A DNA stretch of 62,267 nt, filler included, from Nitrospirae bacterium CG2_30_53_67 (lineage in GTDB: Bacteria; CG2-30-53-67), in assembly GCA_001873285.1 (NCBI GenBank). It is 5 parts of 5 records of this genome, joined end to end, with 100 filler letters (N's around TTAATTAATTAA, not from the genome) between each part and the next. Parts side by side here need not be neighbours in the genome. Positions count along the whole stretch, not along the records: positions 1 to 12,430 come from MNYV01000134.1; 4 more parts are not named here. One strand, 5' to 3'. The position numbers were made by a program, and so were the translations under genes. Shown in pieces: positions 1 through 8,045 of the stretch (its first letter is position 1; each line of letters starts with the position of its first letter). The notes under the pieces were generated by a model that ran no database searches, was not told the DNA's origin, and worked only from the letters and a program-made list of their open reading frames with translations.

Positions 1-4
1 CCCC

Positions 5-850
5 ATGCAGCCTCTTCTCTCCCGTCTCATCGTCCACTTCCGAACCCCAAAGGTTATTGAAAATTACAGGAAGATCGGAGGCGGCTCACCTCTATTGAAG
101 ATCACCAGGGCACAGGCAGAGGCCCTGGAAGCGGCGCTTCGCGGGATGGGTCTCGACGCGCCGGTATTCGTGGCCATGCGGTATACAGCCCCGCGCTCGG
201 ATGATGCGGTGCGCGAAGCATTATCCCAAGGGGCAAAAACGATCCTCGCACTCCCGCTATACCCGCATTTCTCACAGGCCACCACCGGGTCGAGCCTGAG
301 CGACCTTAACCGGGCCGCGGCCGCGGTATCTGAGGCGGTCCGCATCCAGGAGATCAAGAGTTTCTGCGATCATCCGGCCTATCTGGATGTGCTTGCCGAC
401 AAGGTCAGGCAGGGATTGAATTCCTTTTCGCCGGAACATCACGGAAAGGTAGAGGTGATCTTCTCAGCCCATGCCCTCCCGCAGAAGATGATTGATCAGG
501 GGGATCCCTATCTTTCGGAGATTCAAAAGACCATTCAAGGTGTAGTGCAGAGGGTCGGACCCGTTTTCCATCACCTCGCCTTCCAGAGCCGGAGCGGTCC
601 GGTTCGCTGGATGAAACCCGGAACCGATGAGGTCATCCGCGGCCTCGCCGCGCAAGGAAAGAAGGCCCTGCTCATGGTCCCCGTGAGTTTCGTCTCGGAC
701 CATATCGAGACCCTCTACGAAATCGATATCCTCTACAAGGAACTGGCCATGTCATCGGGGATTCTGGAATACAGAAGGACCGAATCCCTGAACACCGACC
801 CCGCCTTCATCTCCGCACTCGCGAAGATTGTGATGGAAAGACTATCGTAA
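5..850 (+). CDS. hemH: Ferrochelatase (5' end probably outside the window)
   Basis: Motifs GGGSPL, AMRY, PLYPHFS, FSAHALP, FQSR-GP-W-P, FVSDHIETL. Confidence 0.95.
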   Translation: MQPLLSRLIVHFRTPKVIENYRKIGGGSPLLKITRAQAEALEAALRGMGLDAPVFVAMRYTAPRSDDAVREALSQGAKTILALPLYPHFSQATTGSSLSDLNRAAAAVSEAVRIQEIKSFCDHPAYLDVLADKVRQGLNSFSPEHHGKVEVIFSAHALPQKMIDQGDPYLSEIQKTIQGVVQRVGPVFHHLAFQSRSGPVRWMKPGTDEVIRGLAAQGKKALLMVPVSFVSDHIETLYEIDILYKELAMSSGILEYRRTESLNTDPAFISALAKIVMERLS

Positions 851-872
851 ATTGCTTGTTTCTTTGTTTCTT

Positions 873-1239
873 GGGGTCGGACCACGGTAACCTCTTGATA
901 CTTATTGGTTCAAGCTCCAATAATAAGTGTTTTGAGCGCTTAGAACCGTATTTTCAGGGGCTAAATGAGTCCCATAAGAAACAATTGGTTCCCGAAGCTC
1001 AAATGAATCTTCCTTCTCTATAATTTTTCGCCCTTTGACTTTGAGGCCAAGTTTCTCTTTGGTCTGAAGGACAAACGCTTCACTTCCTACGGCAACGCTC
1101 TCTGTCCAACGGCTCTCACGAATATGATTTCTTTTTTGGACGGCATCTTCGATCCAGTCCTTGTATGTACGCTTCAAATCATCCTGACTGATCACATCTA
1201 TCAAGCCCATTAAGCAAACACTTGCCGTGGTCCGACCCC
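873..1239. mobile_element. Internally deleted mini-element with 18-bp terminal inverted repeats
   Basis: GGGGTCGGACCACGGTAA (873-890) and TTGCCGTGGTCCGACCCC (1222-1239) are inverted, 17/18 identical. Confidence 0.75.
902..1220 (-). pseudogene. C-terminal remnant of a probable Y1/HUH (RAYT-like) transposase
   Basis: RESRWTESVAVGS-FV...LREP...ENT-L...NTYYW resembles, from recall, the C-terminus of deltaproteobacterial Y1-type transposases; no catalytic N-terminus; lies inside the inverted repeats. Confidence 0.55.
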
Positions 1240-1256
1240 GCAAACGAAACGACCAA

Positions 1257-1787
1257 TTATTGCTTATGAATGATTACTTTCAAATCCGCATCAAGAAATT
1301 CCCAAAGATGAGGATGGCTTTCTACCAAGCGGGCAATATCGCCAAGGTCTTTTAGCTTTTTACTTTGTCTTCTTTCCGTATCTCGCCAGGCTTTAATTTT
1401 TCCCCGCAAGGTGTCTTCCAAAGACGCAACTCGCATCAGAATTCCATGTATGTCTGCTGGAACAGACCTATTTGGAAAATCTTTATAAAAATCTTCCGTG
1501 CTCAATTGAATGCTTACCTTGGAATGACCACGAAAATTGATTGACCATGGAAAACGTTCCGATTTAAATCCGGCCTCCTCAAGAAGCTTCTTGGCAAGTT
1601 CCACTGATTCTGTGGCAACAACAAAGTCCACATCTTGAGTGACCATGGGTTCATCGGCCCAATGATTAACAGCTATGCCTCCTATTGCGCACCATGTAAG
1701 ATCTGCTCTCTCAAGACAATCAACAAAGCGCATGACATCGTCTGTGCCACCTGCCGTCTGCCAGTCATAAAATTTTTTTGGGGTCAT
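1257..1787 (-). CDS. Nucleotidyltransferase (AbiEii/AbiGii-like, Pol-beta superfamily)
   Basis: IGGIAV...TQDVDF motif; C-terminal K...KDLGD motif. Confidence 0.8.
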   Translation of the reverse strand: MTPKKFYDWQTAGGTDDVMRFVDCLERADLTWCAIGGIAVNHWADEPMVTQDVDFVVATESVELAKKLLEEAGFKSERFPWSINFRGHSKVSIQLSTEDFYKDFPNRSVPADIHGILMRVASLEDTLRGKIKAWRDTERRQSKKLKDLGDIARLVESHPHLWEFLDADLKVIIHKQ

Positions 1788-1827
1788 GTTATGATCCTTG
1801 ATTAAGTTTTCCGTTCACCATCGGTCC

Positions 1828-1930
1828 GGGTCGGACCACGTTAACTCAATGATAACCAAGAATAAACGTTCAAAATATAAGTGTTTTCAGGCCTTAGAGC
1901 CCCGCTTTCATAGGCAAAATGGAACAACAT
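1828..1930 (-). pseudogene. Second, diverged transposase 3'-end remnant with its terminal repeat
   Basis: GGGTCGGACCACGTTAA at 1828-1844; minus strand reads HFAYESGALRPENTY versus HLAPENTVLSAQNTY in the 902-1220 remnant. Confidence 0.6.
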
Positions 1931-1994
1931 GCTCATAATAATGAAATTGGGGAGAACAAGTCAACATTTAATGTTTTGGAAGTAACCTCATTAG

Positions 1995-2180
1995 AGTCCT
2001 TCAGCATTCATCGTGAACATCATCTTGACCATCTATATCATCGTTGGAACATTCCTTGAAGAGCGAAAGCTCCTGTTCGAGTTCGGTGACGCCTATCGGG
2101 AATATCAAAGGAGGGTGCCCATGCTCATCCCCTTTTCGCGGATCCTATGGGAACGTTTAATAAAATCGAGGAGACACTGA
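1995..2180 (+). pseudogene. C-terminal fragment of an isoprenylcysteine carboxylmethyltransferase (ICMT/PEMT) family membrane protein
   Basis: Manual translation IVNIILTIYIIVGTFLEERKLLFEFGDAYREYQRRVPMLIP; in-frame stop at 1992-1994, N-terminal part missing. Confidence 0.75.
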
Positions 2181-2202
2181 GGATCTGCCTTTTTATATTT
2201 AA

Positions 2203-2406
2203 GGTTCTTCTCCTCTACGAGCCATCGGCCATTTAGTGGGTAAAAAGGGTTCGAGGATTCGAGGGGTCAAGGGGTCAAGTGAAATACTGATACCGGTAAA
2301 CCGAGTACAAGAACGCAAGCAAAATCTCCAGAGAAAAGCACTCGACCCCTTGACCCCTCGGACCTTCGGCCCCTGATGTTTTCACCCACTCTTTTGGAGA
2401 TGATCC
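2203..2406. mobile_element. MITE-like GGGTCAAG-repeat element, copy A
   Basis: Ends GGTTCTTCTCC... and ...GGAGATGATCC; exact 8-bp direct repeat ATATTTAA at 2195-2202 and 2407-2414; inner inverted GGGTCAAG/CTTGACCC arrays. Confidence 0.85.
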
Positions 2407-2451
2407 ATATTTAATTTTATGGGGGAAAGGACTGTTACTTCATTTTTATTC

Positions 2452-2490
2452 TTGACATAGTGTTTACGTAAATATACAATTATGTATATT
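2452..2490 (+). promoter_or_regulatory. Sigma70 promoter of the AbiE pair with overlapping palindromes
   Basis: TTGACA (2452-2457), 17 nt, TACAAT (2475-2480); palindromes TTTACGTAAA (2463-2472) and AATATACA-atta-TGTATATT (2471-2490). Confidence 0.65.
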
Positions 2491-2508
2491 AAAATAAAAG
2501 GATCGCCC

Positions 2509-3363
2509 ATGAAGCCCTTTTCGTCACGCTTGATTCAAGACCTGGAGATTTTCCAGCTTCTCATCCTGGATATGATTTATTCTCAACCGATCTCCCTTAA
2601 GCTCCTGTTTCAGGGGGGCACGTGTCTGCGCTGGGCCTACTCCGGGACGCGGTATTCCGAAGATCTGGATTTTTTGGGGAAGACTTTGGAGAAACAGGAG
2701 ATCCGAGTCCTCACACAGACCCTTGAAAAAGGACTGGAGAAAAAGATCCCGGTGCAGTTCGGCCCCGGTTCACTCGAGATCACCGGAGGGGAAAAGGTAA
2801 AGGGATCGCTTCACACGATCTGGGTCAAGTACCGGCGTGAGGGAGAGCGAAGCAAAATGGCGGTGAAAATCGAGATACAGGAGGCCGAGTGGAGGGAGGC
2901 CGAGCGCTTTGTTCTCCGTCAGATCCCGGAAGTCAACCGCTTTCTGCGTGAGGCGGCGATCCGTGTGCCCTTCGGCAGAAGTGTCGTTCTCTGCGCACCG
3001 GCGCCGGAGATCCTGGCGGAGAAGATCAAAGCGCTGGTGGAGCGGCCCTATGTGAAGGGAAGGGACCTGTACGATATCTGGTTCCTGACGCGTACACTTC
3101 GCGTGGCCGCGCCGCCCGAATTGATTGTGGAGAGGACAAAGGCATATCCGGGGAGGTTTGCTCCCAAACGGAGCCTGCGCTTCTTCCTGGATCCCAAGGA
3201 AAGCAGGAGACTGCTGAATGGAGTGGATGAACTGCGCCGGTTCCTTCCTCCGGAGGAGTTGGAATACTTTAAAGAGCGGGGCTACAAAGAGATCCTGTCG
3301 GCGGTTGAAACAACCCTGAAGGATCTGTTGGAGCAGGGACTTCATGAAAGGATCATCGGCTGA
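2509..3363 (+). CDS. abiEii: Type IV TA toxin, AbiEii-family nucleotidyltransferase
   Basis: FQGGTCLR..Y...RYSEDLDF, AEKIKAL, KGRDLYD; ATG 2509 follows an AAAGGA RBS. Confidence 0.9.
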   Translation: MKPFSSRLIQDLEIFQLLILDMIYSQPISLKLLFQGGTCLRWAYSGTRYSEDLDFLGKTLEKQEIRVLTQTLEKGLEKKIPVQFGPGSLEITGGEKVKGSLHTIWVKYRREGERSKMAVKIEIQEAEWREAERFVLRQIPEVNRFLREAAIRVPFGRSVVLCAPAPEILAEKIKALVERPYVKGRDLYDIWFLTRTLRVAAPPELIVERTKAYPGRFAPKRSLRFFLDPKESRRLLNGVDELRRFLPPEELEYFKERGYKEILSAVETTLKDLLEQGLHERIIG

Positions 3364-3943
3364 GATGAAACATAGGGGCCGAACACCGGCGGGCGAACTT
3401 CTTTCACGGCTTCCTGAAGTGTTCGGAGTCAGGGAGCTTGAAAAGTTTCTCCGTTATCCGGCCCAATGGCTGGTCCGCTCTACCGCTTCAGGAAAGATCG
3501 TTCGTCTCCAACGGGGGACCTATTGGAACCGATACCGGTATCCGGGCCTGACCGTTCCCTATCTTGCCTGCCACATCAGGGAGGCCCCTTCCTATATCTC
3601 CTGCGAGTGGGCGCTTCATGACAGAGGGATTCTGCTTCAACGCCCGTTTGTCTGCTCGGTGGTTACACTGAGTACATCCGTGGGGCGGGAACGGCAGATC
3701 CGCCTGATGGGTGAGATCATCGAATTCTCCCACATTTCAAAGAGACTTTTCTGGGGTTTTGAGTCCGTTGAGGGATATTTCCTGGCCACGGCGGAAAAGG
3801 CGTATCTCGACACGCTCTATTACGGCAGAGACCCGGAAGAGTGGGGAGAACTGGAGAAAGACGCTCTCAACCCTGAAGCGCTCCGGGACATGGCGGAGAA
3901 GTTTCCGCAGTGGGTCGTAAAATTTCTTGGGGTCAGACATTGA
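3344..3943 (+). CDS. abiEi: Type IV TA antitoxin, AbiEi family
   Basis: GKIVRLQRGTY, PSYISCEWAL..GIL.Q, ATAEKAYLDTLY; overlaps the abiEii stop. Confidence 0.85.
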   Translation: MKGSSAEMKHRGRTPAGELLSRLPEVFGVRELEKFLRYPAQWLVRSTASGKIVRLQRGTYWNRYRYPGLTVPYLACHIREAPSYISCEWALHDRGILLQRPFVCSVVTLSTSVGRERQIRLMGEIIEFSHISKRLFWGFESVEGYFLATAEKAYLDTLYYGRDPEEWGELEKDALNPEALRDMAEKFPQWVVKFLGVRH

Positions 3944-4087
3944 TAATTAGATATTAAAACAACACGCATGCATCCATAAATATATGTTGAAGAAGATCGT
4001 TGAAAGATTTTGAGATGATCCTAAATTATTAAAGCGCTTCTGGAGGGGCAATAGATTAAATATCAAATTATCAATGTCTGACCCCAA
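3927..4087. mobile_element. 161-bp mini-element with perfect 22-bp inverted repeats
   Basis: TTGGGGTCAGACATTGATAATT (3927-3948) and AATTATCAATGTCTGACCCCAA (4066-4087); AT-rich core. Confidence 0.75.
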
Positions 4088-4090
4088 ACA

Positions 4091-5656
4091 TTATGCCTCC
4101 ACGGCAAACAGGATTTCCTTTTCTGCCCTGGATACAACATCTCCCTTCTCTGAAGAATCGATCCGGATGTAGTTCTCAGTCGGGACCTCGGTGACGGGTT
4201 CCGCGATCTGCTTCTGTGCCTGATAGATATCCCACCTTCCGTCCGAAGGGACGCCGGCTTGCTGCAGGCGGAGTGACAGCCGCCGCTCGACCTCCTGTTC
4301 CGGGCAGGTGACCTCGATGATGAAGAAGGGGACCCCGATCTGCTCTGCGATCCGGCAAGCCCGCATCCTGTCATCTCTTTTCAGGAAGGTTGCATCCAGA
4401 ATCACGGACTGTTCTTTTTTTAATGTTTCCTCGGCCTTCTGCATGAGGGTCTGATAGTTCCGCCGGGTGAACTCCGGAGAGTAGATCCCCTGGTCGAAGG
4501 ATTCAAACCGGTGTTCCTCCAAGGGAATACCGGCAAGCTCCTTTCGGATCCGGTCACTCTGAAACAGGGCTGCATTGAGTTCCCTGGAAAGGGGCTCGGC
4601 CACCGAGGTCTTCCCTGCCCCGGTCAGGCCGGTCATAATCATGAGGTACGGTTTGGAAGATGCATATGAATCGGCTAGGGTGAAATAGGCCTGGGCCGAG
4701 GCGAGAGCGGCCTTCCGCTCCTCGTCGGATGTGTATATGTCATTGTAGTTGAAGCTTTCCACCTTGCCCCGAACGTAGGCGCGGTAGCACTTGTAAAAAC
4801 GGATCAGTTTGAGCAGGTCGAGGTCATGCGTATAATCCACATAGGTCCGGACCAGATGGCGGGAGAGGCCTCTTGCCTCATGGAAGTCGAGATCCATGGC
4901 GAGAAACGCCAGGTCCGAGGCCACGTCAATATACCGGAACCTGCGGTTGAATTCCACGCAGTCGAAGATCACGATGGGATCTTCAATGCAGATGTGTTCC
5001 ATGCGGATGTCGCCGTGGCCGTCGCGGATCTTGTTCTCCTGCATTCTCTTCCGCAGGAGGGGGGCGTGTTGCTCGATGAAGCGGCGGGTGAAATCTGAGA
5101 TGCGGTGATATGCTTCGGGGCTGACGCAGGCGCCTACGAAGGATTCGCTCTGGCTGAAATTCTCTTCGGTGTTCTTGGATATGCGCTGGGGAGATCCGTA
5201 GATTGCGATCTCCGGGTCGGTATGGGCGCGGCTGTGAAATCCGATCAGGAGCAGGGCGATCTCACGGATCGTCTCTTCCCGGATCCCGCCTTCCTGGAGA
5301 AGGACATCCATCATCCGATCTTTGGGAAGGCGCCGCATCTTTACGGCGTATTCCACGGCGGCCCCCCCGGGCGCGAGGGTGAACCCGATGCCGGTCTTTC
5401 GGATCTCCACGACGTCGAGATAGACATTGGGGGAGAGCCGCTGGTTCAGCAGCACTTCCTGCTCACAGAAGAACTTTCGGGCGGACAGGCCGGTAAAATC
5501 CAGGAAGCCGAAATTCACGGGCTTCTTGACTTTATAGACAAACCGGTCGGTGACGAAGAGCGTGGAGATATGGGTCTTCAAAATCTCCACCCGGGAAGGA
5601 TGCTCAGGGTAAAACACGGGGTCCTGCATGGCCTTCAGGAGTTCGGATTGATCCAT
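4091..5656 (-). CDS. Bifunctional aminoglycoside-phosphotransferase-like / AAA_33 P-loop kinase
   Basis: THIS...YKVKKPVNFGFLDF, GHGD, FDCVEFN, C-terminal GLTGAGKT; likely start MDQSE after GGAGG. Confidence 0.88.
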   Translation of the reverse strand: MDQSELLKAMQDPVFYPEHPSRVEILKTHISTLFVTDRFVYKVKKPVNFGFLDFTGLSARKFFCEQEVLLNQRLSPNVYLDVVEIRKTGIGFTLAPGGAAVEYAVKMRRLPKDRMMDVLLQEGGIREETIREIALLLIGFHSRAHTDPEIAIYGSPQRISKNTEENFSQSESFVGACVSPEAYHRISDFTRRFIEQHAPLLRKRMQENKIRDGHGDIRMEHICIEDPIVIFDCVEFNRRFRYIDVASDLAFLAMDLDFHEARGLSRHLVRTYVDYTHDLDLLKLIRFYKCYRAYVRGKVESFNYNDIYTSDEERKAALASAQAYFTLADSYASSKPYLMIMTGLTGAGKTSVAEPLSRELNAALFQSDRIRKELAGIPLEEHRFESFDQGIYSPEFTRRNYQTLMQKAEETLKKEQSVILDATFLKRDDRMRACRIAEQIGVPFFIIEVTCPEQEVERRLSLRLQQAGVPSDGRWDIYQAQKQIAEPVTEVPTENYIRIDSSEKGDVVSRAEKEILFAVEA

Positions 5657-5686
5657 ATTTTTCTTTTCCTCCAGAAAAGAAAAATG

Positions 5687-6049
5687 TCCCAAGCAGATCT
5701 ATAAGCCGGGTTCTGTATCCCATTTTCATGGGATGGTAATCATTCCTCTAGCCCTGATGTCGCCATCAGGGTCAAGCGACCTAACCCGGAGGCATCGGGC
5801 GGGCCACCCTCAAGCGCCTCCCTATTTGGTCTTGCTCCGGATGGGGTTTGCCAGGCTGCCCGGTCACCCGGACACCGGTGGGCTCTTACCCCGCCATTTC
5901 ACCTTTACCCCGGACCAAGCCGGGGCTGTGTATTTTCTGTTGCACTTTCCTTCCCGTCACCGAGACTTCCCGTTAGGAAGCATCCTGCCCTGTGGAGCCC
6001 GGACTTTCCTCCCCGGTAAAACCGGGGCGATTACCCGATCTGCTTGGGA
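5687..6049 (-). ncRNA. rnpB: RNase P RNA, class A
   Basis: GAGGAAAGTCC near the 5' end, ACAGAACCCGGCTTAT near the 3' end; P1 helix TCCCAAGCAGATC / GATCTGCTTGGGA. Confidence 0.96.
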
Positions 6050-6251
6050 TGGTGTCATTGTAGCGCGAAATGCGGATTTCGTAAAGGGATAAAGATCCAC
6101 AGGGTCTGCGGACCCATAAAATAGAGAAACCGGCTTCAATGGTTGATTCAGTCAGGGATAACTTGATAAAAGTCATTTGACTTTTTGAAGGAAGCCGTAT
6201 AAAAATGAATCAATTTCACCGCAATACGCTGGCATCTTTGAAGGAGAGATT

Positions 6252-8045
6252 TTGCCTGGAGCCGTCAGGGCCGCCGGAACCGACCGTTTCCGGAAACTGG
6301 TCAATGAAAAATTAAAACTCTTTAGAATATCGGATCAAACCTTCCTGATCATCACCGCCATTGCCGTGGGGCTGCTCAGCAGCGGGGCCTACATCCTGCT
6401 TAGAAAAGCCGTGGACTGGGTTCATGCCGTCATCTTCGTCGGGGGGCACGAGCTCCTGGGAATCGTCCAGGGCCATTGGACCCTGATTCTGGTCCCCCTG
6501 CTCCCTGTCGCCGGCGCCGTTCTCCTGATCCCCCTGTCGCTGATCTTCCCCGGAGAGGTCAACGGGTATGGATTCCCGAAGTTTTTGGAAAAGGTCAACA
6601 TCAAGGGGGGGATCATCCGTTTGAGAAGTATCGTGATCAGCATCGCGGCCCCGGCCTTGACCATCGGAAGCGGGGGCTCAGCCGGACTCGAAGGCCCTAT
6701 TGCGGTGATCGGCGGCGCGATCGGTTCGAATACGGGACAGCTCTTCAAGGTGTCGGGCAACCGGATGAAGGTGATGATCGCCTGCGGCACGGCCGGGGGG
6801 ATCGCCGCGGCCTTCAACGCCCCCATCGCGGGGATCTTCTTCGCACTGGAGATCGTGCTCCTGGGGGACTTCACCCTATTGAGCTTCAGCCCGATCGTGA
6901 TCTCCTCAGGCATCGCCACCGTGGTCTCCCGAGGATACTTCGGTGAGAACCCCATCTTTCAGGTCAGAACCTATTCCATGGTCAGCAACTGGGAACTCCT
7001 CCTCTACGTGATCATGGGGGTTGAGATCGGGATCTTGGCCGTGATCTATATCTACATGTTTTACCGCACCTCTGATTTCTTCACCTGCATGAAGCTTCAC
7101 CCGCTGGCCAAACCGGTCCTCGGCGCGTCCCTTGTGGGATTGATCGGCATCTTCTTCCCTGAGGTCATGGGGCACGGGTATGAAACCATCAACAACGCCC
7201 TGCGAGGGGAGATCTTCTACGGGATCATGATCCTCCTCGCCTTCCTGAAGATCACGGCCACCTCCCTGACCCTGGGGTCCGGAGGTTCCGGTGGGATGTT
7301 CGGCCCATCCCTCTATATCGGGCTGATGATCGGCGGCGGATTCGGAGGGATCGTCCACCAGTTCTTTCCGGCCCACACCGCTCCCGTAGGGGCCTATGCC
7401 CTGGTCGGGATGGGGGCCTTTCTCTCCGCGGTGACCCACGCCCCGCTGACCGCGATCTTCCTCCTCTTCGAGATCACGCACGACTACCGCATCATCCTTC
7501 CCATTATGTTTGCAAGCGTGGTGGGGACCCTGATCGCCAGGACGATCAAGCACGAATCCATGGACACCGAGACCCTGACACGAAAGGGAATCAATCTCCA
7601 TGCCGGAAAGGAGGTCAACATTCTCCGTTCCATCCAGGTCCGGGAGGTCATGAGCAAGGAGATGACCCTGATCCAGGAGGATATGCCCTTTGACGAGATC
7701 GTGAGGGTGGCCACAAGGAGCCACACCCTCTATTTCCCGGTAGTGAACCACAAAGGGAAAATGACCGGCATCCTCTCCTTTCAGGATATCAAGGAGTCGC
7801 TCTTCGAGGACGAGCTGAAAAAGTTCATCGTGGCCAAGGATATCTCCTATACGAATGTCATCACAGTCACCCCGGATGAGAACCTCGATTCCGTCATGGA
7901 GAAATTCGGGCGCATCGACATCGAAGTCCTCCCCGTGGTCGACCGGTCCGACCCTCAGAAAATTATCGGCATGGTCACCCGAGGGGACGTGGTCAGGACC
8001 TATAACCAGTCTATTCTGAAAAGAAAGATGTCCTATGGAGCATAA
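6252..8045 (+). CDS. ClC chloride channel/antiporter with CBS pair
   Basis: GYGFP, GGSAGLEGP, AFNAPIAG, GGSGGMFGP; C-terminal CBS domains. Confidence 0.92.
   Translation: MPGAVRAAGTDRFRKLVNEKLKLFRISDQTFLIITAIAVGLLSSGAYILLRKAVDWVHAVIFVGGHELLGIVQGHWTLILVPLLPVAGAVLLIPLSLIFPGEVNGYGFPKFLEKVNIKGGIIRLRSIVISIAAPALTIGSGGSAGLEGPIAVIGGAIGSNTGQLFKVSGNRMKVMIACGTAGGIAAAFNAPIAGIFFALEIVLLGDFTLLSFSPIVISSGIATVVSRGYFGENPIFQVRTYSMVSNWELLLYVIMGVEIGILAVIYIYMFYRTSDFFTCMKLHPLAKPVLGASLVGLIGIFFPEVMGHGYETINNALRGEIFYGIMILLAFLKITATSLTLGSGGSGGMFGPSLYIGLMIGGGFGGIVHQFFPAHTAPVGAYALVGMGAFLSAVTHAPLTAIFLLFEITHDYRIILPIMFASVVGTLIARTIKHESMDTETLTRKGINLHAGKEVNILRSIQVREVMSKEMTLIQEDMPFDEIVRVATRSHTLYFPVVNHKGKMTGILSFQDIKESLFEDELKKFIVAKDISYTNVITVTPDENLDSVMEKFGRIDIEVLPVVDRSDPQKIIGMVTRGDVVRTYNQSILKRKMSYGA

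Noticed and set aside
5733..6176. ORFs overlapping rnpB
   Set aside because: Spurious frames over a structured RNA gene
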